From the NCBI RefSeq assembly GCF_028641065.1, contig NC_073401.1, positions 24,304,001 to 24,368,000 of the forward strand: a stretch of DNA of 64,000 nucleotides. Reading direction: 5' to 3'. Source of the stretch: Leucoraja erinacea (lineage: Eukaryota). A model generated the notes under the pieces. It was not told the origin of the DNA. It worked only from the letters and a program-made list of their open reading frames with translations, and did not search any database. Within the stretch, counting starts at the first letter, position 1. Every line of letters begins with the position of its first letter. This document shows, piece by piece, positions 14,230 to 28,363 of the stretch. A program made the translations under genes and the position numbers.

Positions 14230-14765
14230 CCCCCAGTTGAACACCTCTGCTCAGTCTGCCTAGGCCTACGTGATCTCCCGATTGGCAAACGTTTTAACTC
14301 TTCCTCCCATTCTCATAATAACTTTTCTGTCCTGGGGCATCATCCACAGTCAGTGAGGCCCAACGCAAATGGGAGGAACAGCACCTCATATTTTGCTTGG
14401 GCAGCTTACAACCCAGTAGTATAAATATTGACTTCACTAACTTGAAGCCTTCCCTCTCTCTCCATCCCTCTCCCATCCCATGTTCTCAGAATAGTTTTAC
14501 TGTCCTGATTAAATTTTACTGTTTGTATGCCTCATTGTCATCTTCCCCTCAGCTAACGATGATCCGTTCTACATATACCTTGACCTGCGTCGCCTTTGAT
14601 CTCACATTTCGCACCTTACCCATCCATATCTCTGTACTCCCCCCCCCCCCCCCTCTCCCCTGACTCTCAGTCTGAGGAAGGGTCTTGACACAAAACGAGA
14701 CCCATTCCTTCTCTCCAGGGATGCTGCCTGTCCTGCTGAGTTACTCCAACATTTTGAGTCTATCC
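14230..14765 (+). mobile_element. Penelope-like retroelement fragment (related pieces at 16080-16600, 26060-26900, 36620-37460, 58860-59780, 60950-61750)
   Basis: gaggaacagcacctcatattt..gggcagcttacaaccc (EEQHLIFxLGSLQP, GIY-YIG C-terminal region) and a terminal ctgangaagggtc..gatgctgcctg..gagttactcc motif. Confidence 0.65.
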
Positions 14766-16859
14766 CAGCAATGCAAGAGGTGACCTCCTGGGCCTGTTGT
14801 TTGTGGGAAACGGACCTGGAAAATCTAATGAAAAATCCAATCCTTGGTTGGACACAATATCAGCCAAGTCACTTCCTTGTGATTGGCATCAATGCCATAG
14901 CTGTATGGTGGGTTTCTGTCAACGGCTATCATCTTTCTGAAGAATACACGAGTGGCCTGGACCCATAGAAATCAGCAGAAGAATCCGATCTTTAATGATT
15001 CCCAAGGTGACGTTCCAAATGACCCCTCTGTGTGCTATTTCTTATTCCACGTGCATATCTTGTTATTTTAATGCCATTTATTGATGGAAAACTAACATCG
15101 TATCTTGGTCAGAACAACAACAAAGAATCTCCACTATCAGTTATTGACAGGAAACCTCTTACAGTAACTGGTGAAGAAGGGTCTCGACCCAAAACGTCAC
15201 CCATTCCTTCTCTCCAGAGTTGCTGCCTGTCCCGCTCAGTTACTCCAGCTTTTTGTGTCTATCGTAAGTAACTTCTCACCTCTTTCTATGCGCCTCTGAT
15301 GTAAAAGCGGTGAAGATCCACGGATATCTGCCAGCAAGGCTGAGGAATGGGAGATGAGGCGAATCGAGTATCCTTGCCCAAGCAAGAGGTAAATAATGAA
15401 TACCAAACAACAGATCAAAGCAACATCATTAGGGGCCATTGCCTTCAAAAGAGATGTTGATCAGACGCCTTGCAGCCCCAAAGGCCTGGATAGAGTGGAT
15501 GCGGAGAGGATGTTTCCATTAGTGGAAGAGTCTAGGACGAGGCCATAGCCTCAGAATAAAAGGATGTACCTTTAGAAAGGAGATGGGAAGGAATTTATTT
15601 AGCAGAGGATGGTGAATCTGTGGAATACATTGCCACAGACGGCTGTGGAGGCCTAGTCAATGGATATTCTGGAGATTGACAGATTCTTGATTAATAAGGG
15701 TGTCAGGGGTTATGGGGAGAAGGCAGGAGCACGGGGTAGAGAGGGAAGGATAGATCATGGGGAGATTTTTAAGAGAGAGTTAGATAGAACTCTAGGGGCT
15801 AGTGGAGTGAAGGAATATGGGGAGAAGGCAGGCACGGGTTATTGATAGGGGACGATCAGCCATGATCACAATGAATGGCGGTGCTGGCTCGAAGGGCCGA
15901 ATGGCCTCATCCTGCAACTATTTTCTATGTTTCTAGAATGGCGTAGTGGACTTGATGGGCCGATTGGCCCAATTGTGCTCCTATAACTGATGAATTAGAA
16001 AAAAGCTTTATTTATATATGAATCTTTCATAACTTTAATGCTCCCAATGTAGCCGCCGTTACAACAGCGAGACTAAGCGTAAACCTGGCAACCATTTTGC
16101 CAAACTCTTGCACTCTGTGCTCCAGGGCCTGCTTGATCTCCTGGTTCTACTCTTCTCATTCCCGTTCAGACATTTCTGTCTTTGGCTTCCTTCATTGCTG
16201 GACTGAGGCCACATGCAAACTAGAGGAACAGGGCAGCTTACAACTCAATGACATGAACATTGAATTCTCCAACATCATGTAATAACCCCCCTTCACTCCC
16301 TCTCTTCTCCTGTTAAGCCCTTACCCCAGTTCTTTTGCCTCCATTTCACCTCCAGCCTTTGTCACTATCTCCACCCATCTGACAATCACGCTCCTCATCC
16401 AGTATCCACCTATCACTTGCCGTGATCTGCCCCACCCCCACCTCACTTATCCAGCTTCCTCCATCCATATTCCATCAGTCTGAAGAAGTGTCTCGAGCCA
16501 AAACATCCTTTGTCTATTCCCTCCACAGATGCTGCCTGACCCATCGAATTTTCCCACTTTGTCTTTTCCTCAAGATTCCAGCATCTGCAATCTTTTGTGT
16601 CTGCATAAACATATCCATCCGTCTAAAATAGATAAATTCATACATCTCATTACTATTTATGAGCTGTCGTTTGATGAATCATTTGCCTTCATAGCCAATT
16701 TTTTGGGGACCGGCATAGTTTTTCTTTTGTTCTCAGAATATCATTAAAACTATAATAGAATTGTGGACGCAGCTCAGACCATCACGCAAATCAATCTCCC
16801 TTTCATTAACTCCATTTGCACCTCACATTGACTAGGCAAGGCCAGCAGCATACTCAAGG

Positions 16860-17470
16860 ACAAGAGTATAGAAGCTGGGATGTAATGTTAAAATTGTACA
16901 AGGCATTGGTGAGACCAAATCTGGAGTATGGTGTACAATTTTGGTCGCCCAATTATAGGAAGGATGTCAACAAAATACAGAGAGTACAGAGGAGATTTAC
17001 TAGAATGTTGCCTGGGTTTCAACAACTAAGTTACAGAGATAGGTTGAATGAGTTAGGTCTTTATTCGCTGGAGCGCAGAAGGTTAAGGGTGACTTGATAG
17101 AGGTCTTTAAAATGATGAGAGGGATAGACAGAGTTGATGTGGACAAGCTTTTCCCTTTGAGAATAGGGAAGATTCAAACAAGAGGACATGACTTCAAAAT
17201 TAAAGGACAGAAGTTTAGGGGTAATATGAGGGGGAACTTCTTTACTCAGAGAGTGGTAGTGGTGTGGAATGAGCTTCCAGTGGAAGTGGTGGAGGCAGGT
17301 TCATTGGTATAATTTAAAAATAAATTAGATAGGCATATGGATGAGAAGGGAATGGAGGGTTATGATATGAGTGCAGGCAGGTGGGACTAAGGGGAAAAAA
17401 ATTTGTTCGGCACGGACTTGTAGGGCCGAGATGGCCTGTTTCCGTGCTGTAATTGATATATGATTGTTAT
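16860..17470 (+). mobile_element. 5'-truncated CR1 LINE
   Basis: [30 protein letters not shown]; frameshift near 17090; 3' UTR tail. Confidence 0.9.
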
Positions 17471-18789
17471 ATGGTTAAGTCTCACCCTGGCCACACCCTC
17501 TTCTCCCCACGTCCATCAGGCAAGACGTGCAAAAGCGTAAAAATTCCAGATCCGGGACAGTTTCTTCCCAGTTGCTTTCAGGCAACTGTACCATCCTATC
17601 ACCAACTGGAGAGCGGTCCTGAGCTACCATCTACCACATTGGAGACATTAGCACTATATTTAATTGGACTTTATCTTGCACTAAACGTTATTCCCTTTAT
17701 CCTGTATCTATACACTATGGTCTGCTTGATTGTAACCTTTTAGCTGACACAACAAAAGCTATCCATTGCTAGATCTCCTGGAAAAGTCTCCTTATGATTG
17801 TGGTGCCCACAAGGACATTCGTTAGGAGTTCCAGGATGCTGAACCAGTACTGATGGAAAACAGTGATACATATCCCAAAGTATATTTTATGTTTTTTTAG
17901 TTTAGAGATACAGCGCAGAAACAGACCATCAGGCCATCGGGCCTGCGCCGAACAGACGCGCGATCCCTGGGAGAGATCATCTAGGGAGTAGGGGCGGCCC
18001 GGTGGCGCAGCGGTAGAGTTGCTGCCTTGCAGCGCCAGAGACCCAGGATCGATCCTGACAACGGGTGCAGTCTGTACGGAGTTTGTACGGAGTTTGTACG
18101 TTCTGCCCGTGACCCCGTGAGTTTTCTCTGGCTGCTCCAGTTTCCTCCCACACTCCAAAGACATGCAGGTTTACTAGCTTCGCAAAATTGTAACCTGTCC
18201 TTGGTGTGTTGGATAGTGCTAGTGTACAGGGTGATCGCTGGCCGGCGCGGAAAAGGTTGGACACATTGTTTCCACGTTGTCTCTCTAAAGCCTAAGGATG
18301 TGTGGAAGCGTAGAAATTGGTCTTTTGAGTAAGAAGCAAGCTGCAGTTTAATCTGGACATGGGGGGAATGTTGCACTTTCAAGGTTTCAAGGTCTCAAGG
18401 TCTGTTCATTGTCATGTGTACCAATTAAGGTACAGTGAAACTCGATTACCATACAGCCATACTCAAAAAAGCAACAAGGCACACAACTACATAAAAGTTA
18501 ACTTTGAGAGGTCAAATGTAAGAGAAAAGTATACAGTAAATGGCAGGACCTTTTGGCACATTGGTGTACAGAGGGATCTTGGGTTGGCAGTCTGCAACTC
18601 CCTGGGAGTTCAACATGTGCTACAGTGCTGATAAGGTTGTAAAAAGCGACCTCCTTGCCTTTATCAAGCAGGGCGTTCAGTAGAAAAGTCGAGGTTATTT
18701 TGCAGCCGCACAAAACTGGTTGGGCCCCATTTTGATGGTTTTGTGCAATCATAGGGGTTGGGGTGTAAGAAGGAAGTGGAGAGAGGAGA

Positions 18790-20755
18790 TTGGGAGAAAT
18801 TCAAAGACCAGCAGAGGAGGACAAAGGGCTTAATTGGGAAAGGAAAAATGGATTATGAAAGAAAACTGGCAGGGAACATAAAAACCGACTGCAAAAGTTT
18901 TTATAGATATGTGAAAAGAAAGAGATTAGTTAAAACAAATGTAGGTCCCTTGCAGTCAGAAACAGGTGAGTTGATCATGGGGAACAAGGATATGGCGGAC
19001 TAATTGAATAACTACTTTGGTTCAGTCTTCACTAAGGAAGACATAAATAATTTGCCGGAAATAGCAGGGGACCGCGGGTCAAAGAAGTTGGAGGAATTGA
19101 GTGAAATCCAGGTTAGCCGGGAAGTGGTGTTGGGTAAATTGAATGGATTAAAGGCCGATAAATCCCCAGGGCCAGATAGGCTGCATCCCAGAGTACTTAA
19201 GGAAGTAGCTCCAGAAATAGTGGATGCATTAGTAATAATCTTTCAAAACTCTTTAGATTCTGGAGTAGTTCCTGAAGATTGGCAGGTAACAAACGTAACC
19301 CCACTTTTTAAGAACGGAGGGAGAGAGAAAATGGGGAATTACAGACCAGTTAGTCTAACATCGGTAGTGGGGAAACTGCTAGAGTCAGTTATTAAAGATG
19401 GGATAGCAGCACATTTGGAAAGTGGTGAAATCATTGGACAAAGTCAGCATGGATTTACGAAAGGTAAATCATGTCTGACGAATCTTATAGAATTTTTCGA
19501 GGATGTAACTAGTAGCGTGGATAGGGGAGAACCAGTGGATGTGGTGTATCTGGACTTCCAGAAGGCTTTCGACAAGGTCCCACATAAGAGATTAGTATAC
19601 AAACTTAAAGCACACGGCATTGGGGGTTCAGTATTGATGTAGATAGAGAACTGGCTGACAAACAGGAAGCAAAGAGTAGGAGTAAACGGGTCCTTTTCAC
19701 AATGGCAGGCAGTGACTAGTGGGGTACCTCAAGGCTCAGTGCTGGTACCCCAGCTATTTACAATATATATTAATGATCTGGATGAGGGAATTGAAGGCAA
19801 TATCTCCAAGTTTGCGGATGACACTAAGCTGGGGGGCAGTGTTAGCTGTGAGGAGGATGCTAGGAGACTGCAAGGTGACTTGGATAGGCTGGGTGAGTGG
19901 GCAAATGTTTGGCAGATGCAGTATAATGTGGATAAATGTGAGGTTATCCATTTTGGTGGCAAAAACTGGAAAGCAGACTATTATCTAAATGGTGGCCGAT
20001 TGGGAAAGGGGGAGATGCAGCGAGACCTGGGTGTCATGGTACACCAGTCATTGAAGGTAGGCATGCAGGTGCAGCAGGCAGTAAAGAAAGTGAATGGTAT
20101 GTTAGCTTTCATTGCAAAAGGATTTGAGTATAGGAGCAGGGAGGTTCTACTGCAGTTGTACAGGGTCTTGATGAGACCACACCTGGAGTATTGCGTACAG
20201 TTTTGGTCTCCAAATCTGAGGAAGGACATTATTGCCATAGAGGGAGTGCAGAGACGGTTCACCAGACTGATTCCTGGGATGTCAGGACTGTCTTATGAAG
20301 AAAGACTGGATAGACTTGGTTTATACTCTCTAGAATTTAGGAGATTGAGAGGGTATCTTATAGAAACTTACAAAATTCTTAAGTGGTTGGACAGGCTAGA
20401 TGCAGGAAGATTGTTCCCGATGTTAGGGAAGTCCAGGACAAGGGGTCACAGCTTAAGGATAAGGGGGAAATCCTTTAAAACCGAGTTGAGAATAACTTTT
20501 TTCACACAGAGTGGTGAATCTCTGGAACTCTCTGCCACAGAGGGTAGTTGAGGCCAGTTAATTGGCTATATTTAAGAGCGAGTTAGATGTGGCCATTGTG
20601 GCTAAGGGGATCAGGGGGTATGAAAAGAATGCAGGTACGGGATACTGAGTTGGATGATCAGCCATGATCATATTGAATGGCGGTGCAGGCTCGAAGGGCC
20701 GAATGGCCTACTCCTGCACCTAATTTATATGTTTCTGTGTTTCTATGTTTCTATG
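18790..20755 (+). mobile_element. CR1 LINE ORF2 reverse transcriptase, 5'-truncated, with in-frame stops
   Basis: KSPGPD, GNYRPVSLTS, QHGF, YLDFQKAFDKV, SGVPQGSVL, FADD motifs; stops at ~19001 and ~19640; (TTTCTATG)n tail. Confidence 0.95.
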
Positions 20756-21134
20756 GCTCGAAGGGCAAAATGGCCTACTCCTGCACCTATTGTCTATTGT
20801 CTATAAAATCATCAAAATGTGGCCCAACCAGTTTTGTGCGGCTGCCAAATAATTGTCGACTTTTCTACTCAATGCCTTTCTTGATATCAAGGCAAAGAGG
20901 TATATTTTTACAACCTTGTCAGCATATGTTGACACTCTAAGGGAGTTGTAGACTGACAACCCAAGATCCCTGGGCCAAAAGGTCCTGCCATTTTCTGTAT
21001 ACTTTTCTCTTACATTTGACCTCTCAAAGTTAACTTTTATGTGTCGTGTTGCTTTTTTGAGTATGGCTGTATGGTAATCGAGTTTCACTGTACCTTAATT
21101 GGTATACGTGACAATAAACAGACCTTGAAAGTGC

Positions 21135-21182
<48 letters not shown>

Positions 21183-23971
21183 ATGTCCAGATTAAACTGC
21201 AGGTTACTTCTTACTCAAAAGACCAATTTCTTCACTAACAGCTAACAGTGGCCTGTTTCCTTTATCATCGTTATTTTCCTACATATCTATAATTCATTTG
21301 TTCTATATCACCATCTATATCTCTCGTTTCACTTTCTCCTGACTCCTGACCCGAAACGTCACCCACTCTTTCTCGTGTTCAAGAAGAAACTGCAGATGCT
21401 GGAAAATCGAAGGTACACAAAAATGCTGGAGAAACTCAGCAGGTGCAGCAGCATCTATAGAGCGAAGGAAATAGGTAACGTTTCGGAAGAAGGATTTCGG
21501 CCCGAAACGTCACCTATTTCCTTCGCTCCATAGATGCTGCTGCACCCGCTGAGTTTCTCCAGCATTTTTGTGTCTATGCACAGGTTTGCTGTTGGCTTAT
21601 ATAAGTTGCTCTACCGTGTAGATGCGAAACTAGTCCAACAGAACCACTAATCGTCGGGCTGGGGGTCCTGTTTCAACGCTGTATCTCTAAACTAAACCGA
21701 ACCTGGTGGATCCCGCACATAATTCACATCCTCAACAGCTGAAGTACTTACCACGGAGTGTGGCACGAAGCGGCAGGTCCAGAAACTGGAGACACGGAGC
21801 AGGGCAGGTGATGCCACGGGTTGAAACAGGAAGGGTGGGTGCGGGCGTGACTAGGGCGGCGAAATATAAATGCAATTGGGATGTGGAAATGATATGCTGA
21901 CACCTCATGAGACGAGGGTGTGTGTGTGTGGGTGTATGTGTGTGGGTGTGTGTCTGTCTCTCTCACTCACTCACCATTCACCCGCTCACCAGATAACCTC
22001 GTGTAAAGCTCATGTCCATGGCCACCCATATATCACCCCTTCACAACCATCGTTCACCCACCTCCCACCTCTGACAAGCGATCTTCAGCCTGAACATAGA
22101 TACAAAAAGCTGGAGTGACTCAGCGGGACAGGCAGCTTCTCTGGAGAGAAGGAATGGGTGACTTTGGGAATGTTGTGCCAACTTCAGGAGTGGAGTCTGT
22201 GCCCTAATACTGGAATGGTGATGATGTCCGGCCGACTATAACTGGACAGATAACAGACCCACTGGCATTAACTAACCCGGCAACTTCCCTGTATCCACAT
22301 TTGCTTTGGGACATACAACATCTTACACTCATCGAGTGAATCCTGAGCTGCCAATTTTCATTTTCTTGTTTTGCTTGAGATGGAAGTTAGTCTAGTTGAC
22401 AGATACAGAACGGAAACAGGCCCTTCGGCTCACCGGGTCCGCACCGACCAACGATCCCCACACATTATCCTACGCACACTAGGACCAATTTAACCCTCAG
22501 CCCTGCGCGTCTTTGGAGTGTGGGACGAACCCGAAGATCTCGGAGAAAACACAAGCGGTCACGGGGAGAATGTACAAACTCCGTACAGACAGCACCCGTG
22601 GTCAGGATCGATCCCGGGTCTCTGGCGCTGCAAGGCAGCAACTCTATCGCTGCGCCACCGTGCCGCCCATAATTCCTCACCGCTATCTCAAGTTCTCACT
22701 GTTTCATTCGCAAAACCAACACTTTAAAATAAATGTTACAATACATTTGGACGGGTACACGGATAGGAAAGGTTTCGTGGGATGTGGGCCATAATTCCCG
22801 TGCAAGTGGAATGGTGACCCCACGTTCTCGGGGAGGGGAGGGCGTAGAGAGAGGCAGGTGAACGTTATGAAGAAGGACAAGCGTGGTGGTGCAGCCAGCG
22901 GTACGGTTGTTCCCTAACAGCGCCAGAGGCCCGGGGTTGATCCTGGCCACGGGTGCTGTCACTACATAGTCTGTACGTCCTTCCTGTGACCGCGTGGGTT
23001 TATTCCGGGTGCTCCGGCTTCCTCCTACATTCAAAAGGTGTCGATGGTGGGTGTGAGTGAATTGGCTTCCGTAAATTGTCCCCAGGATGTGGGATAGAAC
23101 TCGTGTCTGAAGAACCTGTTTACACGCGGTATCTCTAAACTAAATTAAACTAAACTTAACTAAATTAAAGTTCCCGACCCAAAATGCCACTTATCACAGA
23201 GATGCGACTTGACCCAATGAGTTACTCCGGCGCTCTGTGTCCTGTCAGGTACAGGTTAGGTTGGCCACCCTGTCTAAGGTTTGCCAGTTGAGTTGAGAAG
23301 ACCCAAGAGAAGTCCCAGCCCATACTTGCTTTGACGGTTCTTTCTTGCTGTGACATTTGTGGTTTGACACAAGAGTGAGATACAAGAAATGAGACACCAT
23401 GCAACCTTGAACATGCTCAAATCATTTTAATAGATTATAGAAAATACACGACCACCACCTTCGTTAACTGAGCCACAGACAATGTCATTAAGAATGACCA
23501 TTAGATACGATCATTGCAGGATTTAGTAGTGACAGCATTAATTAGAAGAAAGCCCTGGACTGAGGGTGTGAACATCCCAATAGGATGTAAACCTGGATTT
23601 TCAATAGGATTCCCAAATGCTGCTACATTCATATTTTGGAGAGGGAGTGAGGATATTGGACACGGATAATTGCAGATTTTGGTTATGAACGTTATGGGAA
23701 GAGAGTCACAAGCCAGAATTAGCTTTCACTGCAGGGAGATTGAAGCGATCCAGTCTTTAGCATCATGAGTGGCACAGATAGTGAAAGACGGTGAGAACGG
23801 GATAAGGAGTGTTGGATTTAAATGAGATTACTGATTACATTAACGTAGCAAATAAGGAGATCGATCAATGGTCCCTCGAGTTGCTGGAAGCAAACTGCAG
23901 GATGCAACCTGTAAGGCAAGTATTCCCCACAGAGTCGAGGAGACTCGTAAACGCAGGGACACGTTGAGGCC

Positions 23972-25322
23972 CTATTTACATTTCTTCATACCCTTGTATT
24001 TTGAATTGTACGTGGGAAATGCTTTGGCGAAGCAAGCGGCCGCATTGCTATCACATTCACAGACAAACTTCGCACATTTACCATTTTTACCTGAAAAGAA
24101 ACAGAAAACGCATTATTTAGAACATATTGCCCATGGATTGTGAAGGAAATAATTTTCCAAGCCTCTCCTGGACCATACTCACTGTCGCAAATCACGGTCT
24201 TTTTTGAACAGGTGTACTCGTAGGGCATAACTTTGGGGTCCTTAATAATTTTGCAGCCGATTTTATTAGCCTTATCATAACATTTGTCGTGTGTCTGACA
24301 GCACCTGCAAGAACATGGGTCATGTCAGGTAGGAAACACTGCAACCATAATCAACACAACACTTTGACTGATGGTTTGCAGCAGCACAAACATCATATGC
24401 AGCAAAATAGTCCCGAGGTGATCAGAGCGGAACCAGCCTGAGCAGGTTTGAGATCCACATTGGACCTGTGGGCGGTGGGGTGGGAGACTCATTGTGGGAT
24501 GGGAATACTTGCAACCAGGAGCTGCCTGAAGTCAGGCAGGAACAGTGAGGGCGGCACGGTGGCGCAGCGGTAGAGTTGCTGCCGGACAGCGCCAGTTACC
24601 CGGGTTCAATCCAGACCTCGGGTCATATCTGTGTGGAGTTTGCACGTTCTCCCTGTGACCCAATGAGTTTCCTCAGGCGCTAAACTCAGGTGCTCCAGTT
24701 TCCCCCCATACTGTGACTAGTGTGAACGATGGTTGGCATGGACCCGATGGGCCAAATGGCCTGTTTCCATACTGTATCTGTAAACTAGAATGGCTCCAAA
24801 CCCTAGGCGACAATAAGTCAGTGGCACCCAAGAATATTTCATAAAACATACATTTCACAGCTCATGGGAAAATCTATTGGGATATTCTGAATGTGAAGAA
24901 TGAACGGCCTGCAGTGAAGGTTCAATCCTGCAGCTTCAGTAAATGGAGACGAACAATTGTCTGGGCCAGAGCCAGCCCTGGCCTGCAATGTGTGGGACCC
25001 GGCTCCAGACAGACCTCTGCATCGACCCACCTGTCCAGATCATCCACCGGTTTCCCCTGTCCACCAAGCCCGCAGTAACATCCGTAGTTGTTGAACGTTA
25101 AAAGTGGGACGCTCCCTGGGATGGCACACTTAATCAACTTGTTGAACTGCAAGAGGCTTCTGGGCTGAAGGGACTCAGTGTCACCGCCGGCTACACCAGG
25201 GGGGAGGCAACCTGACAGAAACAAACACGTTAGAACATCAAGCGAGCAACATCCAAGGCAAGGCAGAGGCAGGGGAGAGACACGTTACCTGGGAGCAGAA
25301 GTACCAGAAGTAGCCCCAACAT
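23972..25322 (-). CDS. PLA2G1B: Group IB secretory phospholipase A2, copy 1; exons 25322-25289, 25211-25031, 24304-24183, 24090-23972; 151 aa prepro-protein
   Basis: All GT-AG junctions in frame. [29 protein letters not shown]|[122 protein letters not shown]. Ca loop, His48/Asp49, Asp99, 14 mature Cys including Cys11, propeptide ending in Arg. Confidence 0.95.
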
Positions 25323-25376
25323 CTTAGTTTGCTGTGTCTAGTCCTGGAATCAATACTCTGAATGCTCAGCCCATGC

Positions 25377-25490
25377 TTTTTATAGTCAGCCTCGACCAAC
25401 GTCCAGGTTCAGACCCCTGGATCACGTCATGGCATCTGTTAATGTGGATAAGATAAAGGCTAAACTTCCGTTGATACAGCTGGAGTCAAA
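25377..25490 (-). promoter_or_regulatory. PLA2 copy 1 proximal promoter
   Basis: TATAAAAA at 25384-25377; same E-box, GATA and CRE-like motifs as copy 3. Confidence 0.65.
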
Positions 25491-28363
25491 TTTGACTTGG
25501 GGGGGGGGGGTGAACTTGACTTGACTTGAATTTGACTGGGCTGGAGAAAACAAACTGCTCCGGACAGCTTGGAAATGGCGTAGTAGAGGTCAGGCTACAC
25601 CTTGGCCGTGACGCTGTGTACAGTCAGATGGTCGTTAGTCAGTCTGGGCTTCCATGAAGGAGGCAATGGATTGGGCGGGTGGACGTGGATCTGTAGACAA
25701 CCCTCATAGAGAGAAGAATACCGCAGTTGGCTCTTTTCATTGGGCCTTCAATTTTTGAAGGTGGATTACCCCTTGCGTGCCCGGAGTGTCGACTAGCAAC
25801 AAAACGACAGATATATGCATGTACACATTTATGAAAGTGGGAGTTATTTTACAATTAGAACATTACAAATAGAACATTGCAGGAAAATTATTGCAAAGTT
25901 GAACAAACTTTCATCATGAAGCAACAACACTGGTTTTATTAGATATGATTAATTTGCAGGAGTGATCACTGGTGGAAGAGCAATATATTTTGCTGCACAG
26001 AAATTCAATTTGGGCTTATTTTCACTCAATAGCCACTAAAATGGATGTTAATGTTTAAGAAAGAACTGCAGATGCTGGAAAATTCGAAGGTAGACAAAAA
26101 TGCTGGCGAAACGCAGTAAGTGAGGCAGTATCTATGGAGCTAAGCGATGTTTTGGGTCGAGACCCTTCTTCAGATGAATGTTAATGTTCACTCATCAATT
26201 CTAATTCACTGGGTGCTTGGGTTTAAAGTTTTTATTTGTATTTCAGTACAAATTTGTCGCTTAATCATCTTGGCATATTTGTAAATTGGCCCTAGTGTGT
26301 GTAGGATAGTGCTAGTGTGCGTGGATTGCAGGTCGGCGCATCCAACATCCATGGAACCATGCAGCAGCTGTGAAGCACACTCCCCCCTCCCACTCCCACA
26401 TTGACCTTTCTGTCCTGGGCCTCCTCCATTGTCAGAGTGGGGCCAAACGAAAATTGGAGGAACAGCACCTCATATTTCACTCGGGCAGCTTACACCCTAG
26501 TGGGGAGGGGACGGGGAGTGGAGGTAGAAGATAACTTTAAATTGCTGCTCAATCAATTTTCATGCTGCTGATTTGTAAGCTATCCCAGCGAAATATCAGG
26601 TGCTGTTCCTCCAAATCACTTGTGGCCCCACTCTGCCAATGGAGGTGGCCCAGGACAGAAAGGTCAGGAAGGTCCCTGTAATCTGCCTATCAAACATCCC
26701 CTTACATGTATCCACCTCTCACTCGCCAGGGTTTGCCCTCCACCTCTCCAGCTTTCTCCCTCCCAACCACAATTAGTCTGAAGAAAGGTCCCAACCAGAA
26801 TCTTCACCTATCCATGTTTTCCAGAGATGCTGCCTGATCCACTGAGTTACTCCGCGCACTTTTTGTCTTCCTTTTCATAACCAGCACCGGCTGCAGTTTC
26901 TTGTTTCTCCCTTTGAACCCACTAGGTTTCTTCATCTGTAAATGTGGCTCCACAATCACTGTCATTACCATTCTGTTCTGTAGGTCTTGGGGATGACCAA
27001 ACTCACACTGTTCCCTACTACACTCCCTGTGTCTCCAGACACCCCCCCCCCCTTTGTACATGTGTGTCCAATCCCCACAAGCTTCCAGAGGAGGTTGTTG
27101 AGGCTGGGACTGTCCCATCGTTTGAGTGACAGACAGTTACATGGATGGGACAGGTTTGGAGGGATATGGACCAAGCGCAGGCAAGTGGGACTAATGTAGC
27201 TGGGACAGTGTTGGCTGGTTTGGGAAAGTTGGGCAACCCAGCAATTCAAATGACACCATGTTTCAGGAAGTGTTCCAATGGCCATTGGCGATACCACTTC
27301 TTTACATTCCATGAGTCGAGTGATTCATAACCAAATGTGTGCATTTGCATTTCATGAGACAAAGGCTGCTCTTAACTGTAACCACATTAAAATAATTTTT
27401 AATCTTTTCAAGAGATGTCCCAATCAAGAAGAGCAGTTTGAACAGCAAAGTGGAAGTTTTACATATGGTTCAGCTTCCGGAAGAAGAGGATAAGTTCTGT
27501 GGTTGTGAACGATTGCAGCAGGATCTGGATCGATTGACCAGGTGGACGGAGGAATGGTTGATGGAATTTAATACAGAGAACTGTGAGGTGTTACATTTTG
27601 GGACGTCGAACAAGGGCAGGACCTACACAGTAAAGGGGAGGCCTCTGGGTAGTGTTTTAGTGTTAAACTAAGTTATTTTGTCAGTCCAATTCAAGAAAAC
27701 CATTGCTGCTAAAATCAATTCTTTATTCTGACAGCGCTGGAAACCTTCCAACACAGAACTAGATCTCTGGGGCAGGTCGAAAGAACTAATGTTTTGACAC
27801 AACCATAACACATTATATAGGTATTAGACAATTATGAATGGAATGGCAAACTATTAACCAATCATTATGGTTTACCATACATTTAACTTATTTGTATTAA
27901 CCAATCAACTAAATCCTTTCCAGAGATCGACACTATGTATAGTCACATGATTTCCCCTTTTACGGACCCTTTACAACCTTTTTCCCCTCTGAGGTTTTCT
28001 TTAACCTCTTTGCTCAAAATCATTTTATTTCAATGTGGTATAACCACAGAGAGATGAAACTAATTTTCAGAGAACACCTCTCAGAATATAAAATACACAT
28101 CATACAGCAATCACACAATGCATACACACAAAACACATATTTTCACTTTTGGAAAAGAAAGTTATTTCTAAAACTTCAAATGTAAACAAAATCTAATACT
28201 CACAATCCTAATTAAACACAATGCACTTCACAAATAATTTGTCGGGAATAATAATACAACCTTATACGGTTATTCTAAATGTAGACTTTGCTGGTTCAGC
28301 CTGTGGCTCGGAAAATCAGCTGGTGCTTCATAAAATCAATTACATATTTTCACTTTTGGACAA

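Noticed and set aside
14870-14910. Sequence resembling the GLUT QLCGIDA exon end on the minus strand
   Set aside because: Needs a frameshift, has an upstream stop and no donor site; likely chance
21745-21890. GC-box/TATA-like stretch with a minus-strand gtaagt donor (duplicated at ~32293-32440)
   Set aside because: No recognisable coding frame or partner exon; cannot be supported without transcript data
24922-25224. 100-aa single-exon PLA2 ORFs in the track (also 35489-35791 and 42730-43032)
   Set aside because: They are exon 2 read through into introns; the real CDS is spliced from four exons
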